Positions 18,262 through 27,768 of a stretch of 56,532 bases of DNA are shown here, piece by piece. Numbering within the stretch: position 1 is the stretch's first letter; each line of letters starts with the position of its first letter. The DNA comes from Candidatus Neomicrothrix parvicella RN1 (GTDB lineage Bacteria; Actinomycetota; Acidimicrobiia; Acidimicrobiales; VFJN01). Below the pieces are notes generated by a model. That model saw nothing but the letters and a program-made list of their open reading frames with translations. It searched no databases and had not been told where the DNA came from. The stretch is taken from contig CAMDIH010000004.1 of assembly GCA_945898515.1 (NCBI GenBank), forward strand, positions 1 to 56,532. The letters are read 5' to 3'. The position numbers and the translations under genes are program-made.

Positions 18262-19908
18262 ATGTCGCTCGAGTCGATAGCGGCGTTACTGGCGGCCCGA
18301 GCCCACGACGACAGCCTGGGCCTGCAGAGCGAAGACGCCACCTGGACATGGGCCGAAGTGGTGGCCGAGTGCGCAGCGCGGGCGGCCTGGTTGGTGGAGA
18401 ACAACCTCGCCGGTCGCCACCTTGGGGTCCTGTTGGAAAACGTACCGGAGTACGTGTTTCTGCTCGGCGGGGCCGCCCTCAGCGGGACCGTGGTGGTGGG
18501 CATCAACCCCACTCGTCGCGGCCAGGAACTCGCCGGCGACATCCGTCACAGCGACTGCGCCCTCGTGCTCACCAACGCCACCCAAGCGCCCCTGCTGCGA
18601 GGGTTGGAACTGGGCATCGAGGTGGTCGTCGTCGACGATCCGGCGTGGGCGGAGAGCATCGACCACCACCGCGTTGCGACCGTACCCGCCGTGTTGCCCG
18701 CGGCGGAGGCGCTCTATCTGCTCATCTTCACCTCGGGCTCCACCGGGGCCCCCAAGGCTGTGCAAATGAGCCAGGGGCGGGCCGCCCGAACGGCCACCAA
18801 CGCGGCGGTGGCCTTCAGTAGTAGCGATGTCCTCTACTGCGCGATGCCGTTGTTCCACGGCAACGCCCTGCTCGCCAACCTGTTCCCGGCCGTGGTGTCG
18901 GGGGCATCGGTGGTGCTGAAGCAACGCTTCTCCGCCTCGGCCTTTCTGGCCGACATCCAACGATTCGGATGTACCTATTTCAACTACGTCGGACGGGCCT
19001 TGTCGTATCTCCTCGCTGTGCCCGAGACCGCGGAGGACGCCCACAATCAACTCGTCTTCTGTCTCGGATCGGAGGCTTCCCCGCGCCACCGGCGCGAGTT
19101 CCGCCGTCGCTTCGGCTGCTACGTGGTGGAGGGCTACAGCTCCAGCGAGGGCGGCGTGGTGATCCAGCCGGTGCGCGGCATGCCCCCCGAGGCCCTCGGA
19201 CGCCCGGCCGAGGGAGTGGACGTAGTGGTCATCAATCCCGAGACCGGGGTGGAATGTCCGCCGGTCCGGTTCGGACCACAGCGACAACTGCTCAACGCAG
19301 CAGAGGCCACCGGCGAGATCGTGGGACGCGACGGGCTGGCGAGTTTCGAGGGCTACTACGCCAACCCCGCCGCCACCGCCGAGCGGAGTCGACACGGCTG
19401 GTACTGGTCCGGCGATCTGGCCTACCGGGACGAAGACGGCATCTTCTATTTCGCGGGCCGCACCGCTGATTGGCTGCGGGTGGACGGCGAGAACTTCGCC
19501 ACCGCGCCGGTGGAAGCGATCCTCGAACGGTTCCCGGGGGTACGCGCCGTGGTGGTGTTTGCCGTACCCGACCCACACACTGGCGATCAGGTGATGGCAG
19601 CCATCGAAACAGAAACCGGGGTGGACATCGACCCGGCGGCGTTGGCCACGTTCCTGGCCGACCAACCCGACCTCGGCACGAAATGGGCGCCCCGCTTCGT
19701 GCGGGTGGTGGAGGCCATTCCCCTTACCGCCACCGGCAAAATGGATCGACAACCCCTCCGGGCCCAGGGCTGGGACGCCACGGACCCCATCTGGTGGCGC
19801 CCCTCCCCCACCTCGGCCTACGAGGTATTCACGCCCCACCATCGCGCCAACCTGCGCCAAGCCTTCATCGACGCCGGCCGCCGCGAATGGCTCACCCCGC
19901 CGGAGTAA
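18262..19908 (+). CDS. Acyl-CoA synthetase (FadD1/FadD17-like)
   Basis: FTSGSTGAPKAV, MPLFHGNA, FNYVGR, YWSGDL, RVDGENF. Confidence 0.9.
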   Translation: MSLESIAALLAARAHDDSLGLQSEDATWTWAEVVAECAARAAWLVENNLAGRHLGVLLENVPEYVFLLGGAALSGTVVVGINPTRRGQELAGDIRHSDCALVLTNATQAPLLRGLELGIEVVVVDDPAWAESIDHHRVATVPAVLPAAEALYLLIFTSGSTGAPKAVQMSQGRAARTATNAAVAFSSSDVLYCAMPLFHGNALLANLFPAVVSGASVVLKQRFSASAFLADIQRFGCTYFNYVGRALSYLLAVPETAEDAHNQLVFCLGSEASPRHRREFRRRFGCYVVEGYSSSEGGVVIQPVRGMPPEALGRPAEGVDVVVINPETGVECPPVRFGPQRQLLNAAEATGEIVGRDGLASFEGYYANPAATAERSRHGWYWSGDLAYRDEDGIFYFAGRTADWLRVDGENFATAPVEAILERFPGVRAVVVFAVPDPHTGDQVMAAIETETGVDIDPAALATFLADQPDLGTKWAPRFVRVVEAIPLTATGKMDRQPLRAQGWDATDPIWWRPSPTSAYEVFTPHHRANLRQAFIDAGRREWLTPPE

Positions 19909-19917
19909 CGCCGGGGT

Positions 19918-20895
19918 TTATCCCCGCTCGATACGGGCGAGGGCGGCCGCCAAGGTTGGGTCTTCACCCACCCGAAACGGACTGGCTTGGCCAGCTTCCT
20001 GGAACAGTTGCGCAATCCGGGTGGAGATAGCACTGGCGCGCACGAGGGCGAACACTTCGTACCAGGCGAGGTCCACCAGGGGCCGTGCGATCCCCTGCTC
20101 CAGCAAGGCCACCGCGTCTAGGTGGGTGCCAAACCCGGGCATGGCGAGACCGCTGAGGGAGGTCTGCAACGTCTCCAGCGCCAAAAACCAGCCGAAGTCC
20201 ATCTCGGCGGGCCCGACACTGGCCATGTCCCAGTCGATCACGGCGAGGGGCGCGTAGGTATCGGCGGCAAAGATCACGTTCCCGAGACGCACGTCGCCCC
20301 ACAGGAGCGACGGGGCTGGCTCCGCCGTCGGTCGGTTGGCCCGACACCACCGCAAAGCCTCCGCCAAGGCGGGAGGCGGGGCCGCCTCGGTGGCCCAGAG
20401 GAGGTAGTGGTCCCAGTAATCCAACTCGGCAGCCAGTCCGCTGCGCAGGCCCAAACCCTGGTGGTCGGCCCCGTGAACCGCCATGACCGCCGCCAGGAAG
20501 GCATGCCACAGCGCATGCCGATCGGCGTCGCTGGGCAAGCTCAGCAACCACCCATCAGCGGGGGTGAACTCGCCGGGGATCGGCCCGGCCACACAGGGCA
20601 TAGCCACGAAGGGATCGCCGAGGAACGACGGGTCGGGCTCGTAGCGGGCGGGCCCCGCCACGGGAACCCCCGCCGCCCCCACCGCGTTCTGCACCGCCGC
20701 CTGCTGCGCTAGGTCATAGGTGGGAAAGATGCCCGCCGACAGCGGGGGGAGACGGATCACCAGGTCGTGTTCCACGATGAGCGTCTCGCAGGACCAGCCC
20801 GGCGTGGGGCGCTGGATCGACCCCACCGAACGCCCCAACCATCGCTCCAGCCCGGCGCGCAGATCGTGAGGATCGCGGCAGACACTCAGGCTCAC
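19918..20895 (-). CDS. APH/choline-kinase-like phosphotransferase
   Basis: GWSCET, LVIRLPP, LLWGDVRLGN (Brenner-type motif with H replaced by W), VIDWDMA. GTG 20895 overlaps the upstream TGA. Confidence 0.88.
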   Translation of the reverse strand: MSLSVCRDPHDLRAGLERWLGRSVGSIQRPTPGWSCETLIVEHDLVIRLPPLSAGIFPTYDLAQQAAVQNAVGAAGVPVAGPARYEPDPSFLGDPFVAMPCVAGPIPGEFTPADGWLLSLPSDADRHALWHAFLAAVMAVHGADHQGLGLRSGLAAELDYWDHYLLWATEAAPPPALAEALRWCRANRPTAEPAPSLLWGDVRLGNVIFAADTYAPLAVIDWDMASVGPAEMDFGWFLALETLQTSLSGLAMPGFGTHLDAVALLEQGIARPLVDLAWYEVFALVRASAISTRIAQLFQEAGQASPFRVGEDPTLAAALARIERG

Positions 20896-22052
20896 ATGAA
20901 GCTCGCTTCCTCGGTAAGCCCCATCTCGGGGTGCGGACCCACGAAGAGGCTCTGCAGATTGCCGATGCCCACCCCTCCACCCACGGGATCCTCCACGCGC
21001 ACCAGGTTGTCGCGCATTTGGTGAATGCGATGGGCGATGGCGGGCTCGGTGCAATCAGCGATGTGCTCCCCGTCCACATGCAGATCCCCGCGCCACTCGC
21101 CATGCCAATGGCCGTCGAAGCCGAAGTACAACCCCGTCCCGAGATGGAACCCCGTATCGCCTAAGGCGCTCACGGTGAGCGGGCGCGCCGTTCCATCGGC
21201 CATCGTGCAGTGCAACAAGGCGGCGGTGAGTCGCCGATTTTCGTTCTGCACCTGGGCCTCGGGAACCATCGCCACAAAGGCTTCGCGGCGGCCGTCGGGG
21301 TGTTCGATCCCCCCTTGCAATTCGATCCGTTGCCAATCACCGATGCCGTGGCGTTGGTAGTAGAGGTGGATCCCGTAGCGGCTGCCGTCGGGACGCTCAC
21401 ACAGGATCGGCGACCACATCACCGTGGTGGAAACCCCCGGCGGTCGGGCGGCGTCGGCCACATCCGCCACCGGCTCCCCCACCATGTAGCGCACGCCCCA
21501 GGAATGGTCTCGGGTAGACACCGCGTTGCTGTCGTCGAACTCGTGCCGGGTGCCGTCGATGTCCACCCACCCGTGGGCGGTGCCGATCTGGTGATAGCGC
21601 ACGATGTCGGCGTCGAGGCGCAACCCATCGCGACTCCGATGCTGCTCGGGCTGTTCGAGCGCGGCGGGCACCGCGGCGTGAAAGGTCCACTCGAAACTGA
21701 TGGGCACCACGTCGTTGGGGGCAAGGCTGAAGCGCACCTGCTGCAGGGGCTCAAGCACCTCGTAGCGGATCGGTCCGGTCTCGAGGTGGTCAATGGCGGG
21801 CATGAGCGCCCGGCTTGATCGCACCGTCCACTGCTGTCGACCCTGGCTCACTCCGGCGTAGGCGTCGAGCACCCCGCGGTTGGGGTACTTGCCCATCCCG
21901 AAGGCCAGGCTCACCGAGCCGTCCCGGCGGGCCGCCATAGCGCACACCTTTTCGGTCCAGGACCGATCGCTCTGCCCCACCGTGGCGAAGGTGTCGACGA
22001 TCTGGTGATGAAACGCCTCGTCGGCACTCACCAACGGTCCGAGAGTGGTCAT
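20892..22052 (-). CDS. Conserved-looking hypothetical protein, probably beta-rich
   Basis: RYHQIG, TRDHSWGVR, LGTGLYFG motifs; ATG 22052 after GAAAGG; coupled to the kinase. Confidence 0.8.
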   Translation of the reverse strand: MTTLGPLVSADEAFHHQIVDTFATVGQSDRSWTEKVCAMAARRDGSVSLAFGMGKYPNRGVLDAYAGVSQGRQQWTVRSSRALMPAIDHLETGPIRYEVLEPLQQVRFSLAPNDVVPISFEWTFHAAVPAALEQPEQHRSRDGLRLDADIVRYHQIGTAHGWVDIDGTRHEFDDSNAVSTRDHSWGVRYMVGEPVADVADAARPPGVSTTVMWSPILCERPDGSRYGIHLYYQRHGIGDWQRIELQGGIEHPDGRREAFVAMVPEAQVQNENRRLTAALLHCTMADGTARPLTVSALGDTGFHLGTGLYFGFDGHWHGEWRGDLHVDGEHIADCTEPAIAHRIHQMRDNLVRVEDPVGGGVGIGNLQSLFVGPHPEMGLTEEASFM

Positions 22053-22105
22053 CAGGCAGGGCCTTTCGGGATGTCGGCTACGAATCGTGTGTACCGTCCC
22101 TGCCC

Positions 22106-22915
22106 ATGGTGCTCGAGAGGGAAGCGGCAAGTTTGGACGGTGTGGTGGCGGTGGTCACCGGCGGGGGTGCCGGCATCGGCCGCGGGATCGCTCAGGGTTT
22201 GGCAACCTTCGGCGCCCGCGTGGCCATCTGGGAACAAGACGAAGCCAGCGCAACCGCGGCGGCGCAGGAGATCGGCGGACTGGCCTGCACCACCGATGTG
22301 CGCAACGAGGCGGAGGTCGACGAGGCCCTGGCCCACACCATCGGCCAACTCGGCCTGCCCACGGTGCTGGTGAACAACGCCGGGGGCGTGTTCTCCTCGC
22401 CCTTGCTCGACACGGCCCCGAAGGGCTGGGATGCCCTGCTGCGGGCCAACCTCACCCAGGTTCTGTTGTGTACCCAACGGGTGGCCCGGGCCATGGTGAA
22501 AGCAGGCCAGGGCGGCAGCATTGTGAACATCACCTCGATCGAAGGCGCCCGGGCCGCCCCTGGCTATGCCGCCTACGCCGCCGCCAAGGCCGGGGTGATC
22601 AGCCTCACCAAAACCGCCGCCTTGGAATTGGCTCCCCACGGTATTCGGGTGAACGCACTGGCCCCCGACATCACCCTCACCGAGGGCATGGCCTCGGTGG
22701 CACCCCCCGGGGCCGAAGCGTCCTTCGCGGCGGTGGTGCCGATGGGAAGGGCGGGGCACGTCGACGAAATGGCCGGGGCGACGGTGTTCCTCGCCTCGGA
22801 CTTGTCGAGGTATGTCACCGGGCAGACCCTTCACGTGGACGGCGGCACCGAGGCCGCCGCCGGCTGGTACCACCACCCCGACCACGGCCACTACGTTCTC
22901 GGCCCATCGCGCTGA
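22106..22915 (+). CDS. Short-chain dehydrogenase/reductase
   Basis: TGGGAGIG, NNAG, YAAAK, IRVNALAP. Confidence 0.92.
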   Translation: MVLEREAASLDGVVAVVTGGGAGIGRGIAQGLATFGARVAIWEQDEASATAAAQEIGGLACTTDVRNEAEVDEALAHTIGQLGLPTVLVNNAGGVFSSPLLDTAPKGWDALLRANLTQVLLCTQRVARAMVKAGQGGSIVNITSIEGARAAPGYAAYAAAKAGVISLTKTAALELAPHGIRVNALAPDITLTEGMASVAPPGAEASFAAVVPMGRAGHVDEMAGATVFLASDLSRYVTGQTLHVDGGTEAAAGWYHHPDHGHYVLGPSR

Positions 22916-22958
22916 ACCCGGACCGGGTCGCCTGAAGCCGCCGCGAGCCCCCCGGCGG

Positions 22959-24152
22959 TCATTGGGGTAGCACCAGAGCGGGCAAGGGATGACGGAACAG
23001 CGCCGCCGCGTTTTCGCAGCACAGTTTCCGCCGCTCGGCCGGGGGCAAATGACCCCAGGCCTGCTCGATCACCGCTTGGGTGTTGGGCCAGGTGCTGTCG
23101 CCATGGGGATAATCCACCTCCACCATGATGTGATCCAGGCCAATGGTGTGACGGGTGTCGATCGTGGAGGGATCGTCGATCGTGCAAAACCAGAAACTGC
23201 GGCGCAACACGGCAGCGGGATCCTCATCCCAACCCATGCCATAACCGGAGCGTTCCACCAGATTTTCGAGCCGGTCGATCAGCATCGCCACCCATCCGAT
23301 GCCCCCCTCGGCCATCGCCACTTTGAGGTTCGGAAAACGCACCGTCCACCCCGCCCATAGCCACTCCGTGCAGGCCTGCAAGGAGAGTTGGCTGAACAGC
23401 GTGGCGGCCAGCGGAATGATGGCTCGGTCGCAACCGGGGGGAATCTCACCCATGCCCGAGGACCCCACATGGAGACACACCACTGTGTCGGTATCGGCGC
23501 AGGCCTCCAGGATGGGCGCCCAGTACTCCTCGAAAATGGACGGCAACCCAATCTGGTGCGGGCGCTCCGGCAGGGTGACGGCCCGGAACCCCCGCTGCGC
23601 GTTGCGGCGGATCTCTGCCGCGCCCACCTCGGGATCGGTGAGCCAGGTGATCCCCAGTGGGATGATGCGGTCTCGGTGCGGCTGCCACCAGGCGTCGTGC
23701 ACCCAGTCGTTGAACGCCTGGGTGGTGGCCAAGCCCAGGGCTGGGTCCGAGCATTGCGAATACACCCGTCCGCAGAACCCGGTGATCATCGACGGAAAAC
23801 TCATCGACGCCCACACACCGTTCAGGTCCATGTCCTGCACCCGGGCATCCACGTCGAAACACCCCGGCCGCATCTCATCGAAGCGGAACGGCTCGATCGC
23901 CACGGTCTCGGGTCGACGCCCCACCACTGCATTCATCCCCACCTGGCTATGGCGTTGCCCGTCGAACTCCCACACCTGATGACCCTGCCGGTTGAGCACC
24001 ACACGCGGTGCTCGCTGCTGCAGCGACGCCGGCAAGCGGCCCTCGAACATGTCCGGCGGCTCGACCAGGTGATCGTCGACCGAGATGATGGTGGCGTAGC
24101 GGTGACGTGGTTCGGGTTCGGGAAGAAACAACTCGGGATTCAGCACCGGCAT
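22959..24152 (-). CDS. Amidohydrolase-2 family protein (~400 aa class)
   Basis: ISVDDHLVEPP, LHVGS, AEGGIGW, EVDYPHGDSTWP. Confidence 0.9.
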   Translation of the reverse strand: MPVLNPELFLPEPEPRHRYATIISVDDHLVEPPDMFEGRLPASLQQRAPRVVLNRQGHQVWEFDGQRHSQVGMNAVVGRRPETVAIEPFRFDEMRPGCFDVDARVQDMDLNGVWASMSFPSMITGFCGRVYSQCSDPALGLATTQAFNDWVHDAWWQPHRDRIIPLGITWLTDPEVGAAEIRRNAQRGFRAVTLPERPHQIGLPSIFEEYWAPILEACADTDTVVCLHVGSSGMGEIPPGCDRAIIPLAATLFSQLSLQACTEWLWAGWTVRFPNLKVAMAEGGIGWVAMLIDRLENLVERSGYGMGWDEDPAAVLRRSFWFCTIDDPSTIDTRHTIGLDHIMVEVDYPHGDSTWPNTQAVIEQAWGHLPPAERRKLCCENAAALFRHPLPALVLPQ

Positions 24153-24153
24153 G

Positions 24154-24897
24154 TCAGTCCAGGATCAACGGATCGGCTCGTAGCTCGCGTCGGGCCATGG
24201 CCTCGAAGAGCCCGGGGAAACTGACCTGCGCGAAGGGCGCCGCAAAGCGCTCGAACACCTCCGGTCGCACCGGCACGCCACCCCCCATCGCCTCCACGTG
24301 CCAGGCCTGTCGGCAACGCCACTCCAGCACTACGGCGCGGTGATGGGCCTGGGCGATGTCCTGACCCACCACCAACACACCGTGGTTGGCCAGCAGCGCG
24401 GTACTGGAATCCCCCAGCGCCGCGACGCAGGCCCGGGCGTTGTCCAGCGCGTCTACCGAACCGCCGAAATCGTCGTAGAGGGCCGGGTCGCCGGGCATCA
24501 TGGCCGAGGTCTGGTCGTACACCGGGGGCACCCGATGGGCATCGGCCCACAGCGTGCCCCAGCGCGGATGATTGTGCACAGCCACCCCGATGTCGGGGCG
24601 TTGGCGGTGCACTTCGGTGTGCAAGGTGATGGCCGGGGTCACGGTCCATCGGCCCTCCAGCACGTGGCCGTCGCCGTCGATACGCATGATGTCGCTGGCG
24701 GTCACTTCGTCCCAGGTGAGACCCCACGGGTTCACCAGTAACGTGCCGTCGGGTTGGCGGGCGGTGATGTGCCCGGCGAGGTGGTCGTCGTACCCCTCCC
24801 GGAACAGCATTCGGGCCAGCAGGGCCACGGTGGCCTGCGGCGTCATGGCCGGCAGTGGGGGTCCCATCAGGCGACGCGGTTTCTCGATACCACTCAT
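24154..24897 (-). CDS. Class II aldolase/adducin-family protein
   Basis: GHIT, LVNPWG, LHTEVH, VHNHP, LLANHG; GAGGAGG upstream. Confidence 0.88.
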   Translation of the reverse strand: MSGIEKPRRLMGPPLPAMTPQATVALLARMLFREGYDDHLAGHITARQPDGTLLVNPWGLTWDEVTASDIMRIDGDGHVLEGRWTVTPAITLHTEVHRQRPDIGVAVHNHPRWGTLWADAHRVPPVYDQTSAMMPGDPALYDDFGGSVDALDNARACVAALGDSSTALLANHGVLVVGQDIAQAHHRAVVLEWRCRQAWHVEAMGGGVPVRPEVFERFAAPFAQVSFPGLFEAMARRELRADPLILD

Positions 24898-25014
24898 CGG
24901 CCCCCCTCCTCGTCTGCTGTCGGCGAGAGGCTACCGCAGCGTCCCACTGCGGGAGCCAGAGCCAACGAGCAGCCACGACGACGGCGGGTAGCGGCGGTGC
25001 CTACGATCGGGTCC

Positions 25015-25437
25015 ATGAACATCGTGAACCATGTGGGCCTGTGCGTGACCAACCTCGAACGGTCCCGCACGTTTTATGAGCAGGTCTTGGGCTTCGTGCA
25101 TCACTACGACCTGTCGGTGCCCGACGCCCCTGCCAGCCAACTCCTCGAGATCAGCGCACCGGTTGGCCTGCGGGCCGTCTATCTCCGCCACGGTCACTTC
25201 ACCCTCGAACTGCTCCACTTCGATCGCTCCCACAACGAACCGGCGCGGCTGCGCTCCTTCACCGAACCGGGCCTCACGCACCTGTCGTTCTCCGTGCCCG
25301 ACCTCGATGTCGCCGCCGAAGTTGTGCTCGCGCACGGTGGCGAAGTCTTGACCCACACCGCCATCGGCGACATCGCCATCATGGTGCGCGACCCCGATGG
25401 CCAACTTCTCGAACTACTCACCCACACCGACCGCTAA
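25015..25437 (+). CDS. VOC/glyoxalase-family protein
   Basis: NHVGLCVTNLERSRTFY, LELL, HLSF, RDPDGQLLEL. ATG 25015 lies 7 nt after TACGAT. Confidence 0.9.
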   Translation: MNIVNHVGLCVTNLERSRTFYEQVLGFVHHYDLSVPDAPASQLLEISAPVGLRAVYLRHGHFTLELLHFDRSHNEPARLRSFTEPGLTHLSFSVPDLDVAAEVVLAHGGEVLTHTAIGDIAIMVRDPDGQLLELLTHTDR

Positions 25438-26633
25438 GGGCGCGGGAGTTTCAGGGCCCTGTCGGCGATGATGTTTTTCTGCACCTCCGTGGTGCCCGCC
25501 CCGATCGAGGTGAATCGCTGCCACGGGTAGTTGTGGGCCGCATGGCCACCGTTAATGGCCTCGGGTCCTCCCTTGGCCAAGATGCCCAGCGGACCAAGCA
25601 GATCGATGTTCAGCTCGGCGAGGGCCTGGGAAAGATGGCTCCATTGAAGTTTGGCGATCTGTGCCTCAGGAAAGGACCGCTCACCCTTGAGCACCTTGGA
25701 AAGAGCGCGGGCGTTCAATAAGCGGGTGAGTTCCACCTGGGCGTACAGCCGGGCGATCCGGTCGCGCAGGTCGGGGGCGAGGAGCGCGTCGGGATTGTGC
25801 TCCCGCGCCGCCGCGATCATCTCGTCGAGTTCGGCCCGCAGACCAATGGCGATACCCCCGGTCCCTGCCCGCTCGTGGGTGAGGGTGCCCATGGCCACGT
25901 TCCAGCCGTCACCTTCCTCGCCCAGACGGTTCGCCACCGGCACCCGCGCCGCGGTGAAGGACACCTCGCAGAACATGGCCTCGCCGGTGATCTCCCGAAT
26001 GGGACGGCACTGCACCCCGGGCGTGTGCATGTCCACGATGATCGCCGTGATGCCCTCATGCTTGGCCCCGCGCGCGATGGCGGTGGGATCGGTGCGCACC
26101 AGGAACAGGCCCCAGCGGGCCAAGTGGGCGGTGGAGGTCCACACCTTCGTGCCGTTTATGACGTAGTCGGGGCCATCGGCGATGGCGAGGGTTCGCAGGT
26201 TGGCTAGGTCGCTCCCCGCCTCGGGCTCACTGAACCCCTGGCACCAATGGTCGGTGGCGTCGATGATCCCCGGCAACCACTGTTGCTGTTGGGCCGGACT
26301 GGCCCAGCGCATGATCATCGGGCCGATCTGCCAGATGCCGTTGGCGTTGTAAATCCCCGGTGTCTTGGCCCGGGCCATCACCTCGGAGTACACGACGTTC
26401 TGCATGGTGGTGGCCTCCCGCCCCCCCCACGAGCGCGGCCAGTTGATCGCCGCCCATCCCCCCGCGTGGAGTCGTTGTTGCCAAGCCTGCCGCCGCGCCA
26501 TCGTGCGACGCGTCTCGTCACTGTGATCGGCGCCGATCTCCCCCTGATTGTTGAAGTCGGGAAGGTTGGTGTCGAGCCACGCCTGAAGTTCGACCCCGAA
26601 TGCTTCATCTTCAGCCTGATACGCGAAGTCCAC
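25434..26633 (-). CDS. Acyl-CoA dehydrogenase, catalytic-type subunit
   Basis: WCQGFSEPEAGSDLA, NGTKVWTS, LTHER, SIGAGTTEVQKNII. Likely start GTG 26633; the ORF-track extension to 27515 is antisense to the next gene. Confidence 0.9.
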   Translation of the reverse strand: MDFAYQAEDEAFGVELQAWLDTNLPDFNNQGEIGADHSDETRRTMARRQAWQQRLHAGGWAAINWPRSWGGREATTMQNVVYSEVMARAKTPGIYNANGIWQIGPMIMRWASPAQQQQWLPGIIDATDHWCQGFSEPEAGSDLANLRTLAIADGPDYVINGTKVWTSTAHLARWGLFLVRTDPTAIARGAKHEGITAIIVDMHTPGVQCRPIREITGEAMFCEVSFTAARVPVANRLGEEGDGWNVAMGTLTHERAGTGGIAIGLRAELDEMIAAAREHNPDALLAPDLRDRIARLYAQVELTRLLNARALSKVLKGERSFPEAQIAKLQWSHLSQALAELNIDLLGPLGILAKGGPEAINGGHAAHNYPWQRFTSIGAGTTEVQKNIIADRALKLPRP

Positions 26634-26644
26634 GCTGCCCAAAC

Positions 26645-26658
26645 TAACAAGAGCCTCA
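26645..26658. promoter_or_regulatory. Candidate operator site 3 (TAACA-AGAG-CCTCA, one mismatch)
   Basis: In the 40-bp divergent spacer between two ACAD genes, just upstream of -10-like TAAGGT (26661-26666). Confidence 0.5.
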
Positions 26659-26673
26659 CCTAAGGTCTGTTCC

Positions 26674-27768
26674 GTGGACTTCACCTTCAACTCCGAGCAG
26701 GATGCCTTTCGCTCCGTTACCCGGTCCTTCCTGGCCGAGGAGGCCACCGGCGCGTACGTCCGGGCCATGCTCGAGAACGACCGCGGCTGCACCGATGCGT
26801 TGTGGGACCGGGCCGTCGCCCTGGGTTGGCCGGGCCTGGCGGTGCCGGTGGCCCACGGCGGCGCCGGGCAAGGCATGCTCGAACTGGTGATCCTGAGCGA
26901 GGAACTCGGTGCCCTCCCCCTCCCCGGCCCGTGGCTGTCGTCGGTGGTCGCCGCCACCCTCCTGGCCCGACGCCTCCCCGACCCCCTCCTGCTCCCCCAG
27001 CTTGCCAACGGTTCCCAGCGCGCCACGGTGGCGGTGGAGGAGACCGGCACCCGCAACCCGCTCGAGAGCATCACCACCACCGCCCGTCGGCGCGGTGACC
27101 AGTGGCTGCTCGACGGTCTGAAGCCCGTGGTGATCGACGGCCATACCGCCGATGTGGTGTACGTGGTGGCGCGCGACGGCGACGGGTTGGCGACCTTCGC
27201 CCTCGATGCCCCCCAGGGCGAGTTGGTGCCGAACCTCGATGTGACGCGCAAGGTTGCCCGCCTGGTCCTCAACGGCCAACCGTCGCGGCGCGTGGGGCCC
27301 GCCCATGACCAACGCTCCCTGCTGGCCCGGGTGATCGACGACATCGGCATTGCCGTATGCGCAGAGAGCGTGGGGGCTAGCCAGCGAGCCCTCGAGATGG
27401 CCACCGAGTACGCCAAACATCGGGTGCAGTTCGGTCGCCCCATCGCCACCTTCCAGGTCATCAAGCACAAGATCGTCGACATGCTCCACCAGCTCGAACT
27501 GGCCCGGGTGGCCACGCACTACGCCGCGTGGGCCAGTGAGGTGGAGGACCCCGGGCGCGAAACCGCCGCCGCCATCGCCAAAGGATTCGTTGCCGAAGCG
27601 GCCACGATGATCACCGCCGAGAACATTCAGGTGCACGGCGGGGTGGGGTTCACCTGGGACGTCGACTGCCACCTGCTGTTTCGACGGGTGAAGGCCAACG
27701 ACATGCTCTTCGGACGCCAGGGGTGGCAACGCCAGCGACTCGCAGATCTGGTGCTCGGCCCGACATGA
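26674..27768 (+). CDS. Acyl-CoA dehydrogenase, partner subunit
   Basis: MDFTFNSEQ, RVQFGRPIATFQVIKHK, QVHGGVGFTWD. Confidence 0.92.
   Translation: MDFTFNSEQDAFRSVTRSFLAEEATGAYVRAMLENDRGCTDALWDRAVALGWPGLAVPVAHGGAGQGMLELVILSEELGALPLPGPWLSSVVAATLLARRLPDPLLLPQLANGSQRATVAVEETGTRNPLESITTTARRRGDQWLLDGLKPVVIDGHTADVVYVVARDGDGLATFALDAPQGELVPNLDVTRKVARLVLNGQPSRRVGPAHDQRSLLARVIDDIGIAVCAESVGASQRALEMATEYAKHRVQFGRPIATFQVIKHKIVDMLHQLELARVATHYAAWASEVEDPGRETAAAIAKGFVAEAATMITAENIQVHGGVGFTWDVDCHLLFRRVKANDMLFGRQGWQRQRLADLVLGPT

Noticed and set aside
18286-19860. Long antisense or off-frame ORFs (also 842..1942, 15890..17080, 30062..31504, 51144..52424)
   Set aside because: They shadow well-supported genes, lack recognisable motifs and have the composition expected of GC-rich alternative frames.
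19918-20895. Aminoglycoside-resistance gene
   Set aside because: The APH fold alone does not imply resistance; the WGD motif, catabolic context and lack of mobile features argue against it.
24898-25014. GC-rich stems in the aldolase/VOC spacer as a possible ncRNA or riboswitch
   Set aside because: Short stems are expected at this GC content and no known aptamer motif was recognised.
26634-27515. 693-aa ORF that looks like a long or fused ACAD
   Set aside because: The first 294 codons are antisense to the ACAD at 26674; ACAD similarity begins at GTG 26633.
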